DNA of 64,000 nt from Planctomycetota bacterium. Its GTDB lineage: Bacteria; Planctomycetota; B15-G4; JADJEK01. The position numbers were made by a program, and so were the translations under genes. Location: the NCBI GenBank assembly GCA_044225365.1, contig JBGAIQ010000006.1, positions 64,001-128,000 on the forward strand, given 5' to 3'. The notes beneath the pieces are model-generated. The model did not search any database and was not told the DNA's origin. It worked only from the letters and a program-made list of their open reading frames with translations. Of the stretch, positions 49,401 to 58,397 are shown one piece after another. Within the stretch, counting starts at the first letter, position 1. Each line of letters begins with the position of its first letter.

Positions 49401-50088
49401 AACCTCCGTCGCGCATCTCGAATAGGATCCCGATCGCGACGACGAGAAGAGCCGCGGCTCCGATCAACAGAATCTTCTTCATCATCAACGCTCCTTCCAG
49501 CGTGGCGACGAGAGACGAGGAAGTGGCGCCCTTCGAGAGGACAGGAAGCAGCGCGGCCCGCCAGTCCATGCCGCGGGCTCCGAACCGCCCTTCGAGCCGT
49601 TGGCGCAACTGCGCGAGCGCGCGCTGACTTCGACTTCGCACCGTCGATGCGCCGATCCCCAGCTTCTTCGAGATCTCCGCGGGCGTCATCTCCTCGAGAT
49701 AGAGCCAGATCACCGTCGATCGATACGGCTCCTCGAGCCGGAACACCGCTTCGAGCACGAGCCCGCGAATCGTCTCGCGTTCGAGAACGTCTTCCGGGGA
49801 CGGCAGATCGCTCGCCCCGACGACGCGCCCTTCGTGAAAGCGACGGCGACCCTCCCTGCGCAAGCGCTCGCGCAGGAAGTTCCGAAACACGGTTCGCAGG
49901 AACGAGGGGAGAGCGGCTGCGTGACGTGGCGGATGAGACGCCACGCGCACGAGCGTTTCCTGAACGACCTCATCCTGCTCGGCCGGATCGGAGAGCAACG
50001 CGCGCGCGAGCGAGCGCAGCTTCGACTCGTGCCGGAGAGCGAGGTCGAGCGCTTCTTCGGACCAGTTTCGTTCGCCGTCCATGATCAC
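46471..50088 (-). CDS. ECF sigma-70 factor fused to a TM helix and carboxypeptidase-regulatory-like repeats
   Basis: Sigma2 (DEVVQETL) and sigma4 (LEEPYR...STVRSRSQRAL), TM KKILLIGAAALLVVAIGILF, multiple GRVIDEEGQPVAGA-type repeats. Confidence 0.92.
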   Translation of the reverse strand: MIMDGERNWSEEALDLALRHESKLRSLARALLSDPAEQDEVVQETLVRVASHPPRHAAALPSFLRTVFRNFLRERLRREGRRRFHEGRVVGASDLPSPEDVLERETIRGLVLEAVFRLEEPYRSTVIWLYLEEMTPAEISKKLGIGASTVRSRSQRALAQLRQRLEGRFGARGMDWRAALLPVLSKGATSSSLVATLEGALMMKKILLIGAAALLVVAIGILFEMRDGGSLAARERVAANPLPSSSPDSNAPIVVAATSTATRDLVEEDRAGARASVEFEQVSAFTAASTCGGYRGRLVNARGDAIPLGTVTVLEFDRRLSPTTIVTGDDAGMREVTVTCDAKGRFEVAPLRTLARHLIVCEGGNDGFVSRSTEREPAAGEVVDLGDIRLVARGSASGRVIDEEGQPVAGARVVALPPAVDGQGLGTILWGVALEFLAPETRFAIERKEGESIGYDVVDVPPPVKALVASLRLPIAITAADGTFTVRGLEAIGTRILASKPGLLAAVKTKVDGTKANDVGDLKMGRGHRLTGRIVDEKGRGIEGAEWIVGPTSTAERTYHALIPGGTSRADGAFACDGLPDRELLVAARKSADDPWIVSKPARVGREAVIVLPTSVPATFDIERRDGAAIADLRVDAFRGHPTGEVLALELVKPRKLEIASDSSHPHRYVARDLPGGAWLLRVRSNGTAPVLVSVDHPTIEPVHIVLDRGVDLSAIVVDANAKPVLGAEVELRSKTPNEYDKSLLSEQLNLPHAEVLALARTTSDVNGRFRIESLSIGAYEVVVRHPSFSDHVEAIEVDESVASRTIRLAQRTRVEGIVQNGGKPVESKRRLRVESSVRRGKPSPVVAFYDTDDRGAFSIEGLAPGDYSLSSEIAQVDKSALLAMNDVLSHAITWAGSTQFSLIEGGKIFVYHEEDPYFAAPDEEAMSISGVVTFDGQPVADCSIEAKNFEQGIVSGRRSWKTDSQGKYRIDRFVAPKSERGQISLDAHSKDPAFRVSRILDHVTKPEMRADFVLQSAKLSGTVKAPDGKPRKCKVNLMGLLECGGRASELTDTNDAGEFTFERLLTGTYDIQSFSQEGNSTERGVVLHGGANRVELVMYSVNDVGGKVNLAAIPHAEDSLVTAVLFMQPTLMNYWPNASVGDDGSFRFDDVFPETYEIRFIADGKWYRSSSPVTVKANAIEGLLVDPVPCDPPDYLMPKFPAKK

Positions 50089-50148
50089 GAAGGAAGACGC
50101 CGGCGCGGCGCGGCGCGTTGCAACAAAATGACGAGACGGTCGAACCGG

Positions 50149-50745
50149 TCAGGACTCGTCGTCACCCTTCGCGTCGACGAGCCTCGCGAGTTGGGCGAGT
50201 CCCCGAAACAGCAGATGACGCACCGAGTCCTCGGTCTTGCCCATCCGTTGCGCGACCTCCGCACGCGAGAGACCGAGCACGCGCGACAGGATCACCGCCT
50301 CCCGATAGTCCGGCGACAACTGATCGAACGCGCCTTCGATCTGCTCGAGAGCTTCCTTGCCGCGCACGAGGGCGCTCGGGCCCGCGCTCTTGCGATACAC
50401 GTCGAGGAGTGCGTCATCGCCGCCGGCCTCTCGCTTCACGTCGCGCCGTTCCGCCTTCCAGAAGTTCGCGCGATCCGCGACCTTTCTCGCCGCAGCGGTG
50501 CAGAGCCAGGCGCGGAATGCTGCTTCGCCCTCCCACTTGAATCCCGAGAGGTTCGCCAGGACATCTCGAAACACGGATTGCACGAGGTCGGATGCGCTCT
50601 CCTTCGCTCGCAGCTCCGGACCCGCCTTCAGGCGCACGAATGCACGGACCTGCGGGATGTGATGCGCGATGAGAGCCTCGACGGCCTCCTTGTCCCCGGT
50701 CGCGGCGCGTGCGACGAGCTCGGCTTCGGAATCGTTATCGGTCAT
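50149..50745 (-). CDS. ECF RNA polymerase sigma factor
   Basis: SASDLVQSVF, FRAWLC, LSPDYREAVIL, AEVAQRMGKTEDSVRHLLFRGL. Confidence 0.93.
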   Translation of the reverse strand: MTDNDSEAELVARAATGDKEAVEALIAHHIPQVRAFVRLKAGPELRAKESASDLVQSVFRDVLANLSGFKWEGEAAFRAWLCTAAARKVADRANFWKAERRDVKREAGGDDALLDVYRKSAGPSALVRGKEALEQIEGAFDQLSPDYREAVILSRVLGLSRAEVAQRMGKTEDSVRHLLFRGLAQLARLVDAKGDDES

Positions 50746-51454
50746 CGCTCGATCTCTTCGACGCCTCCGGCGCCTGTCCCATCACACTGATCGCGACGCG
50801 TCCACCGAAGCAGATCGCGACGTCGTGCGCATCCATTGCAACCCTGCGATGGTAGTCGCCTCGATAATGATACTCACCCTTCGACTCCTCGAATCGGATC
50901 GGGAGCGGCGAGGGGTCGACGGGAACGAGCGACGTACCCGGGAACGCGCTGTCGCGATCGAGATGCGGGAGATTCACGTTGGTGAGACGGCCCTTCGCGT
51001 CCTCGCGCGCCAGCACTTCGCGCAGGACGAGCATCGTCCATTCGCTCGCTCGATTCCAATCGATCTCGCGACCCCGCGCGAGATAGTGGGAGAAGGCGAT
51101 TCCCGTCACGCCGTGGAAGCTCGCCTCACGCGCCGCCGCGACCGTTCCCGAATAGAAGACGTCGACTCCGAGGTTTCCGCCGCGATTGATGCCTGACAGC
51201 ACGACGTCCACTGCCGGCACCAGCACCTCGAGTCCGAGCCGAACGCAATCCGCGGGCGTTCCATGGATCACGTACCTTCGTTCGCCGTTCGGCTCGACCT
51301 TGATCGGCTCGTGCGTCGTCACCCGATGCCCGCAGCCCGACCACTCGCGAGCCGGCGCGGCCACGAACACTTCCCCGAAAGCGGAGGCGGCGCGAGAGAG
51401 AGCTTCGAGCCCCGGAGCGTCGTGCCCATCGTCGTTGGTGAGAAGGAACCGCAT
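50735..51454 (-). CDS. surE: 5'/3'-nucleotidase SurE
   Basis: LLTNDDG, GTPADCV, SGINRGGNLG, YSGTVAAA. Confidence 0.96.
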   Translation of the reverse strand: MRFLLTNDDGHDAPGLEALSRAASAFGEVFVAAPAREWSGCGHRVTTHEPIKVEPNGERRYVIHGTPADCVRLGLEVLVPAVDVVLSGINRGGNLGVDVFYSGTVAAAREASFHGVTGIAFSHYLARGREIDWNRASEWTMLVLREVLAREDAKGRLTNVNLPHLDRDSAFPGTSLVPVDPSPLPIRFEESKGEYHYRGDYHRRVAMDAHDVAICFGGRVAISVMGQAPEASKRSSDDR

Positions 51455-51618
51455 CTACGACCGAGGATAACGCAGGACGACGCTACCGCCGCCAACGAAC
51501 CGATTTCGCCGATCCACTCAAGTTGGGCGAAGGAATTGCCGATGAGGAACGCACGATCCGGCTCGACGAGACGGCGGTCCAACGAGCCCGTTGCAACCTC
51601 GCACCGAGGGAGGAACTC

Positions 51619-52083
51619 ATGTTTCATTGCGCCCGTAGAACGTCCCTTCTCGTGCTCCTCGCGCTCTCCAGCGCGGCTGTCATCGCGCATCAGCTCTTCG
51701 CGCAGACGCCCGTGATCTCGACTCCCGATACCTACAAGGAGATCGTGACGCTCACGACCGACTCGAACGGTATCCATGGCAAGGACCCGCAGTCGACGCT
51801 CTACACGGTGCCGACGAAGCGCACCTTCGTGATGACGACCCTCGTCATCGCGAACGACCAGGACAACTACACGGACGTCCTCGTCAAGGAGAACAGCTCT
51901 CGCAAGATCGCGCTGATCCGCGTCCCCCAGAACACGACGATCAGTTGCGAGTTCCCGAGCGGCGTCGAGTGGGTCGCGGACTCCAAGGTCAACGTCGAGA
52001 ACCTGGGCGGCCCGTCCGGCACGGCTCAGGGCGACATCCACGTCACGATCAACGGATTCCTGAAGAAGCCCGTCACGACCTGA
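51619..52083 (+). CDS. hypothetical exported protein
   Basis: GGAGG SD, signal-like N-terminus, typical codon bias. Confidence 0.75.
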   Translation: MFHCARRTSLLVLLALSSAAVIAHQLFAQTPVISTPDTYKEIVTLTTDSNGIHGKDPQSTLYTVPTKRTFVMTTLVIANDQDNYTDVLVKENSSRKIALIRVPQNTTISCEFPSGVEWVADSKVNVENLGGPSGTAQGDIHVTINGFLKKPVTT

Positions 52084-52169
52084 CCAGGCTCGACTTCGCC
52101 GTTTCCGCGGCCGGGCGGAAGGGTGTACGATTCCCCCATCGCGATCACAACATCGCGTAGGGGCGAATC

Positions 52170-52547
52170 ATGGACTTCTTCGTCGTACTGTTCGCGATCT
52201 GGCTCGTCTTCCGATTCCTCAGCGATCGCCTCGATCGAGCGCGCCTCCGCGGACACATGGTCTCGATCGGCTACGACGTCACCGAGATCCGATGGGCCCC
52301 CTTCGGACCGGGTTGGTTCGGCCCCCCCGGCGACCGCATCTATCTCATCACGTACACGGACGCGCGCGGCGAGACGTTTGGTTCGTTCGTGAAGACGAGT
52401 CTCACCACCGGGATCTTCTTCACGTACAACCGCCCCGCCGAGGCCGTTCAGAGCACCAGCCTAGAACTCGCGCAACTCCGCGAGGAGAATGCGCAGCTCC
52501 GATCGGAACTCGAAGCACTGCACGGCCCGAGTTCGACCGCGTCGTGA
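52170..52547 (+). CDS. hypothetical small membrane protein with a C-terminal coiled coil
   Basis: N-terminal TM; WAPFGPGWFG; LAQLREENAQLR. Confidence 0.75.
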   Translation: MDFFVVLFAIWLVFRFLSDRLDRARLRGHMVSIGYDVTEIRWAPFGPGWFGPPGDRIYLITYTDARGETFGSFVKTSLTTGIFFTYNRPAEAVQSTSLELAQLREENAQLRSELEALHGPSSTAS

Positions 52548-52553
52548 CTTCGA

Positions 52554-52641
52554 GGAATGGGGATGAAGATGCCACGCTGGAGCGTGGCGATCCGAGGACT
52601 TGGACCGCCCGGCATGGAATGGGAAGGAAGATGCCATGCTG
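52554..52641. repeat. REP-like palindrome related to 37941-38004, plus a degenerate second copy
   Basis: gatgaagatgccacgctggagcgtggcgatccg versus the reverse complement of 37976-38007, gatgaaga-gccgcgctggagcgcggcggtccg. Confidence 0.65.
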
Positions 52642-52791
52642 AGTGAATCGAAACCGGGCGCGGATTCGCGCATCGAAGCACGGCCTCGCCCCGGCATTTC
52701 TCCGCAAGAATCTCGATCCAGTTCGCCGGCGGATGCGTAACGCTGGGCGTCTGCGGCCGACATTCACCTCGTCCTCGTTGGGAGCGAAGCC

Positions 52792-53682
52792 GTGAAGTTC
52801 CTCGTCCTCGCATCGATCTTCCTCCTTCCCGCTCAGGTCGTCGGCGATCGCGCCGAGCTGCGGCTCTCCCCCAAGAAGAACTCGTCGATCACCTACAAGG
52901 TGACGTCGGAAGTGACGCAGTCGATCGACATCGGCGGCAAGAAGGTCGACTCGACGACCGATCTCGAACGCAGCTACGTCTTCGCCTACGGCAACGCCGA
53001 CGCCGATGGCACACTGAACGCGACGCTGACCTTCGGTCCGATCAAGGGGACGCGGAAGGATGGCGCGGGCGAGGCCGTGCACTTCGACTCGACGAGCGCG
53101 GCAGCCGAGGGGAAGGCCGCCACGCTCGAAGCCGGCATCGAGGTCGCGCTGAAGCTCAGCAAGCAGGCCGACATCGTCGAAGCGAAGGGTCTCGCGGGTT
53201 CGTTGAAAGCTCGCCTCACCGATCTCACGAAGGGCGACGCGAAGGCCACCGAAAAGGTGAAGCCGCTCGCCGCCAAGCTCACCGACGATCACTCGAAGAA
53301 GGCGCTCGTCGGCCTCGTCCCGCGCCTGCCGAAATCGGCGGTCGCCGTCGGCGATCAGTTCGTCGTCGAGCACGGCTGGCACCACTGCTTCGACGTCGTG
53401 CGTTGCGTCGAGTTCGACCAGAAGTGCAAGGTCATCGCGATCGACTCGGACACCGTCACGATCGAAGTCACGGGCGACAGTCCCGCCAGCGAATCCTCGA
53501 TCCCGGCCTTCTCCGTCGGCGGCGTCTCGATGGGCGGCACCCTGGTGTTCTCCCGCAACGATGGCCTCCTGAAATCGATGAACATCCGCGAGAACGTCGC
53601 AACGACCGAAAGCACCGCCGCCGGCGGCGTCGCCACCGCGACGACGGTCACCGTGACGCGATTCGAACGCTCAGGCCGTTGA
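52792..53682 (+). CDS. hypothetical exported protein
   Basis: GGGAG SD, GTG start, signal peptide, beta-rich composition. Confidence 0.8.
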   Translation: MKFLVLASIFLLPAQVVGDRAELRLSPKKNSSITYKVTSEVTQSIDIGGKKVDSTTDLERSYVFAYGNADADGTLNATLTFGPIKGTRKDGAGEAVHFDSTSAAAEGKAATLEAGIEVALKLSKQADIVEAKGLAGSLKARLTDLTKGDAKATEKVKPLAAKLTDDHSKKALVGLVPRLPKSAVAVGDQFVVEHGWHHCFDVVRCVEFDQKCKVIAIDSDTVTIEVTGDSPASESSIPAFSVGGVSMGGTLVFSRNDGLLKSMNIRENVATTESTAAGGVATATTVTVTRFERSGR

Positions 53683-54263
53683 TGCTCGGGCCGCGGGGCC
53701 GTCCTGGCGCGCTCAGGCCGCGCGGGCCTTTCCTCCGGCGCTCAGGCCGCGCGGGCCTTTCGCTCGGGCCGCGAACTGGCCCTCGGACGCTCCGGCCGCG
53801 GGGCCGTCCTGGCGTTCGCCCGCCAGCCGTGCGGGCACTAGGTTTGGATTGCCTGCGGCGGCGGAGGTCGTGCGCTCGACGTGGTGGGCGCAAGGAAGCT
53901 CCGCTCGGCTCCGCGCGCGGCGGACCGCGCATGCTCCGCTCGCGGACTTCCTCGCGCCGCCCACTGTGAGCGTTTTTTGAAAGAAGAGAAGATATGCGGA
54001 GCGCCGGGCTCCGCCCGGCAACTTCATGAGATGCCGGGCGGAGCCCGGCGCCCTTATTGAATCTCCTTCCCCATTCGCGCTTAGAGGGAAGCGCGAGCGG
54101 GAGTCCGTTCGCGAAGCATGCGCGGTCCGCCGCGCGCGGAGTCGAACGGAGCTCCCCTCGCGCACACCTCGTAGAGCGCAAACACTACGCCGCCGCAGGC
54201 AACACCAACGCAGTGCCCGCGCGGCTGGCGGGCGAACGCCAGGACGGCCCCGCGGCCCGAGCA
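53683..54263. mobile_element. non-coding nested inverted-repeat element (MITE/REPIN-like)
   Basis: Perfect 27-bp terminal IR (53683-53709 / 54237-54263); about 170-bp imperfect IR (53794-53962 / 54086-54257); central 20-bp IR (54001-54020 / 54032-54051); 22-bp direct repeats (53710-53731, 53739-53760). Confidence 0.6.
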
Positions 54264-54264
54264 C

Positions 54265-56193
54265 CTACACTTCTATCCTTGCCCCCAGCTCGACGACGCG
54301 ATTGGGCGGCAAGTCGAAGTAGGAGGTCGCGGAGGACGAGTTGCGCGAGAGGAATTCGAAGAGGAGCTTGCGCGATCGCACCACGACGGGGCCGCGATCG
54401 GTGACCACGATCGTCTCGCGGCCGAGGAAGTAGCTCACTTCATCGGGATCGATGGCGAGTCCACGGCCGCGGCAGAGCTCGAGCACGCGGGGCGCTGTCA
54501 TCGTTTCCATGAAGCCCTGCCGCGCCGTGACGCGCCACAAGCCCTGTCCGAGGTTCGTCACCTCGACGCGTTCGTCGAGCTTCACGCGAGGCGTCGGCAT
54601 CACTTCGAACGTGAGGAGGATGACGCGCTTGTGCAGCACCTTGCAGTGCTTGAAGAAGTGCAGGAGCACGTGCGGCACACCGCCGGATCGCGCGGAGAGG
54701 AAGACGCCGGTGCCCTCGACGCGAGTCACGTCGTGCTGGCGGAGGTCCTCGAGGAACGCTTCCATCGGGAACAGCGGACCGCGCGTGAGATAGGAATCGC
54801 GACCGTTCTTCCACGTGCTCATGACGAGGAAGAGGATGAGTCCGGCAACGATGGGCACCCATGCGCCGTGGAGGATCTTTGCGAGACTCGACGTCAGGAA
54901 TGGCAACTCGATCGCGATGAAAAGACCCGTGAGGGCCGCGGCGGCCCACAAACCCCAACCCCAACGCCTTCGAGCCACGACGTAGAGCAACATCGTGGTC
55001 GTCAGCATCGCTCCCATCACCGCGACGCCGTACGCGCCTGCGAGTCCGGAGGACGATCGGAACGCGAGCACGAGTGCGATGCAGCCGACCATCAACATCG
55101 CGTTGACGACGGGAACGTAGATCTGACCGCGCATCTGCGACGACGTGTGATCGACGCGCAGGCGCGGCAGATAACCGAGACGCATCGCCTGCTGCGCCAT
55201 CGAGTAGGCGCCCGAGATCAATGCCTGTGACGCGATGATCGCGGCGAACGTGGCAATGACGACGAGCGGGTAGAGGAACCAGCTCGGCGCGAGCTTGTAG
55301 AACGGATTCACCGCGGCGTCGGGACCATCCGTGAGGACGAGCGCGCCCTGGCCGAAGTAGTTGAGCAGCAGCGCGGGATACGCGATGAAGAACCACGCGT
55401 AGCGAATCGGCTTCTTGCCGAAGTGTCCCATGTCGGCGTAGAGAGCTTCGGCGCCGGTGATACAGAGCACGACCGAACCCAGGATGAAGAAGGCATCCTT
55501 GCCTTCGTCCTGGAAGAACTGAACGGCGTGCATCGGATTGATCGCACCGAGGATCTCGGGGTGTTTCAGGATCGAGGGCACTCCGAGGATCCCGATCGTC
55601 ACGAACCACACGACCATCACGGGACCGAACACGCGACCGATGTCGCCCGTCCCATAGGACTGGACGAGGAAGAGCGCGAGCAGGATGACGCATGACAATG
55701 GCACGACGAACGGTTCGAACTTGTCGGTCGCAACGTTGAGACCCTCGACCGCGCCGAGCACCGAGATCGCGGGCGTGATCATCCCGTCGCAGAACAGGAG
55801 CGCGGTGGCGAACAGTCCACACGCGACGAGCGTGCGCAAGACCGTGGGCGAGAGATGCTCGCCCTTCTTCATGTTCGAGACGTGCGGCTGGACGAGCGCG
55901 ATCAGCGCCATCAGTCCACCGTCCCCTTCGTTGTCCGCGCGAAGGACGAACGTCAGATACTTGAGGACGACGATCAACGTGATCGCCCAGAACACGAGCG
56001 AGAGCAGCCCGTAGACATTCGACGCGTTGATCGCGATTCCCGAATGCTCCGAGAAGCACTCTTTGATCGTGTAGAGCGGCGAAGTGCCGATGTCGCCGTA
56101 GACGACGCCGAGGGCGGCGAGGCCCAGAGCCATCAGTTCCTTGCGCGATCTAGGCTCGGCGTGTGCGTCCTTTGGGACGGCAACGGATTGCAT
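54265..56193 (-). CDS. kup: KUP/HAK/KT potassium transporter
   Basis: LGVVYGDIGTSPLY, ADNEGDGG, DGMITPAISV, TGAEALYADMGHF, GQIYVP, SYFLGRE. Confidence 0.97.
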   Translation of the reverse strand: MQSVAVPKDAHAEPRSRKELMALGLAALGVVYGDIGTSPLYTIKECFSEHSGIAINASNVYGLLSLVFWAITLIVVLKYLTFVLRADNEGDGGLMALIALVQPHVSNMKKGEHLSPTVLRTLVACGLFATALLFCDGMITPAISVLGAVEGLNVATDKFEPFVVPLSCVILLALFLVQSYGTGDIGRVFGPVMVVWFVTIGILGVPSILKHPEILGAINPMHAVQFFQDEGKDAFFILGSVVLCITGAEALYADMGHFGKKPIRYAWFFIAYPALLLNYFGQGALVLTDGPDAAVNPFYKLAPSWFLYPLVVIATFAAIIASQALISGAYSMAQQAMRLGYLPRLRVDHTSSQMRGQIYVPVVNAMLMVGCIALVLAFRSSSGLAGAYGVAVMGAMLTTTMLLYVVARRRWGWGLWAAAALTGLFIAIELPFLTSSLAKILHGAWVPIVAGLILFLVMSTWKNGRDSYLTRGPLFPMEAFLEDLRQHDVTRVEGTGVFLSARSGGVPHVLLHFFKHCKVLHKRVILLTFEVMPTPRVKLDERVEVTNLGQGLWRVTARQGFMETMTAPRVLELCRGRGLAIDPDEVSYFLGRETIVVTDRGPVVVRSRKLLFEFLSRNSSSATSYFDLPPNRVVELGARIEV

Positions 56194-56296
56194 GAGCGGA
56201 CCCGACTGGCCGAAGGGCGAATCCCGACGATTCTAGGCGCGGGCGTGCGCGATGCAGCGAAAACGCGGATTCACGCGTAAATACGGCGTTAGAGAC

Positions 56297-57517
56297 TCAC
56301 TCCGTGTAGTCAAGACTCTTGCCGTGTGTCTCCTCGACGGGAACGAGCGCGAGTAACGCGATCGCGACAGCGACGACACCGACACGGAGCGCTGCACCGT
56401 CGTAGCCATGCTCGCCCTTCCACATCGTGAGCAGCGCGGTGAGGAGCGGAACGGTTCCGCGCACGAAGTTCGGCGCCGTCGTCGCGACGGTCGCGCGGAT
56501 GTTCGTGCCGAACTGCTCTGCCGCGAGCGTGACGAAGACCGACCAGTAGCCGCCTGCGATGCCGATGACGAAACAACTGACGTTGAACGCGAAGAGACTC
56601 CTCGGTCCGTAGAGGAAGTAGAGCGCCACCGCGGGAACGTGCAGTGCGAGGAAGAGAAGCACGACGCGCTTCCTCGCGCCGAAGATCTGGCTCAGGAAAC
56701 CACTGAGAATGCCGCCGATCGCAAGGCCGGTGTAGCTCCACAGGACGGCGTCGGACGATTTCGGCGTCGGGTCCATCCCGAGCGCCTTCCCGATCTCCGG
56801 TGCGAACAGCACGAGGATGCCGATCACGTACCACGTTGGCACGCCGATGAAGACGACGCCGAGGTAGCGCAGCAATCGCGCGGGCGGCCAGAACAGGAGG
56901 CCGATCGATCCGCGCTTCACGCCCTCCGACTTCGCCTTCTCGAACATCCCAGACTCGAACGTACCGAATCGCAGCGCGAGGAGCGCGAGGCCGAGCACGC
57001 CACCGATGGTGTACGCGCGACGCCAGTCGCCACCTCCGACGAGCGACGCGACGACGGCGCCGAACACGCCGACGAACGCGACGAGCGTCGTTCCATATCC
57101 GCGGGTCTCCTTCGACATCAATTCGGCGACGAGCGTCACGCCGGCGCCGAGTTCTCCCGCGAGGCCGACGCCCGCGATGAATCGCAGCAGCCGATACATC
57201 TCGATCGAATGCACGTGCGCGTTCAGGAGATTCGCGAGCGAGTACATCAGGATGGTGCCGAACAGCACGGACAAGCGCCCGCGCTTGTCGCCGAGCACGC
57301 CCCACAGGATGCCGCCGATCAGCATCCCGTACATCTGGGTGTCGATCAGCATCTTGCCGGTCGTCGTGATCGCCTCGGGATCGGTGACTCCGAGGTCCTT
57401 CAAACTCGCGACGCGTACGACCGCGAACAGGATCAGATCGTAGATGTCGACGAAATAGCCGAGCGCGGCGACGAGCACGACGAGTCCGACGCGACGCGAA
57501 TTGCGATCCTCGAGCAT
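56297..57517 (-). CDS. MFS transporter
   Basis: GYFVDIYD, GVLGDKRGR (motif A), GVGLAGE, AEQFGTNIRAT; multiple TM helices. Confidence 0.93.
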   Translation of the reverse strand: MLEDRNSRRVGLVVLVAALGYFVDIYDLILFAVVRVASLKDLGVTDPEAITTTGKMLIDTQMYGMLIGGILWGVLGDKRGRLSVLFGTILMYSLANLLNAHVHSIEMYRLLRFIAGVGLAGELGAGVTLVAELMSKETRGYGTTLVAFVGVFGAVVASLVGGGDWRRAYTIGGVLGLALLALRFGTFESGMFEKAKSEGVKRGSIGLLFWPPARLLRYLGVVFIGVPTWYVIGILVLFAPEIGKALGMDPTPKSSDAVLWSYTGLAIGGILSGFLSQIFGARKRVVLLFLALHVPAVALYFLYGPRSLFAFNVSCFVIGIAGGYWSVFVTLAAEQFGTNIRATVATTAPNFVRGTVPLLTALLTMWKGEHGYDGAALRVGVVAVAIALLALVPVEETHGKSLDYTE

Positions 57518-57597
57518 GCGCACTCCCGAACGGGATTCGAGCGCGGCGCATGCTACCCGCCGCAGCGTGCGTTGAAGAGCCCGCAGGGCGCTTCAGC

Positions 57598-58272
57598 TCA
57601 TTGCACCTTCAGCCAGGTGTTCCCATCGCCGCCGAGCCAGTTGGCCTGATCGACCGGCAAGGTACCCATTCCGAACGACAGGATCGGATAGGCGTCGAGG
57701 CCGACCGGGGGCGTGTTCAGTCCGTGGTGATCGAGGAACGAAGCGTCGCATCCGACCGCCACGCCCTGATCGTTGATCGCGAACGTGCGACGCGCGGCCG
57801 AGGAGCTGCGCTTCGGCCAGGCGTAGACGATGAACTTCGATTCGGCGAGATTCGGGTCGAGGGAGCCTGCGACGAAACCCCCGCCCGCATGTTCGAGCTG
57901 AGGCGTACCGAAAGCCGCGGGCAGGAAGAGCGCAAAGCAGTAGCCGTCGAGCGAGCCGTAGCCGTTCGAGTCGATCACGCCGAGTTCGGGAGTGAAGGGA
58001 AACGCGACCTGCGACAGGAGGAGGGTGCCATCGTCGCGCAGCGGGACCTGATTCGCCATCTCGCCGAGCGAGCCGTACTCGCCGACGCCGTCGTGATCCT
58101 CATCGACGACTTTCAGGGCCTTGAAGGCCACCTCCGCGAAGTAGATCTCCCGCAGTTTGTCGAGAGCGGCTTGCTCCATCGGCTTGAGCTTCGACGGCGG
58201 GGGCGCGGCGTTCGAGCCGCCGGGAACGATGAGGACGACCGACACCGCGAGGAGGGACGCGAACCGAATCAT
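57598..58272 (-). CDS. exported protein with a pilin-like/DUF2950-like globular domain
   Basis: Sec signal; EQAALDKLREI...VDEDHDGVGEYGSLGE, GYCF, YAWP, RTFAINDQG. Confidence 0.6.
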   Translation of the reverse strand: MIRFASLLAVSVVLIVPGGSNAAPPPSKLKPMEQAALDKLREIYFAEVAFKALKVVDEDHDGVGEYGSLGEMANQVPLRDDGTLLLSQVAFPFTPELGVIDSNGYGSLDGYCFALFLPAAFGTPQLEHAGGGFVAGSLDPNLAESKFIVYAWPKRSSSAARRTFAINDQGVAVGCDASFLDHHGLNTPPVGLDAYPILSFGMGTLPVDQANWLGGDGNTWLKVQ

Positions 58273-58362
58273 GGAAGGTAGCCGTTTCTGGGCCCTTCCG
58301 TGATCGGATCGGGGGGAGTCCGAGTTGAGCGCGATGTGCGCACTTTTTTGGCCAATCCGCTT

Positions 58363-58382
58363 ACATCATCGCTTCATGATGC
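58363..58382. promoter_or_regulatory. palindromic SahR-type operator
   Basis: ACATCA-N8-TGATGC (core CATCAT-N6-ATGATG) overlapping the region between a TTACAT -35-like and a TG-n-TATGTT -10-like element upstream of sahR. Confidence 0.65.
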
Positions 58383-58397
58383 TATGTTTATCGAGTC

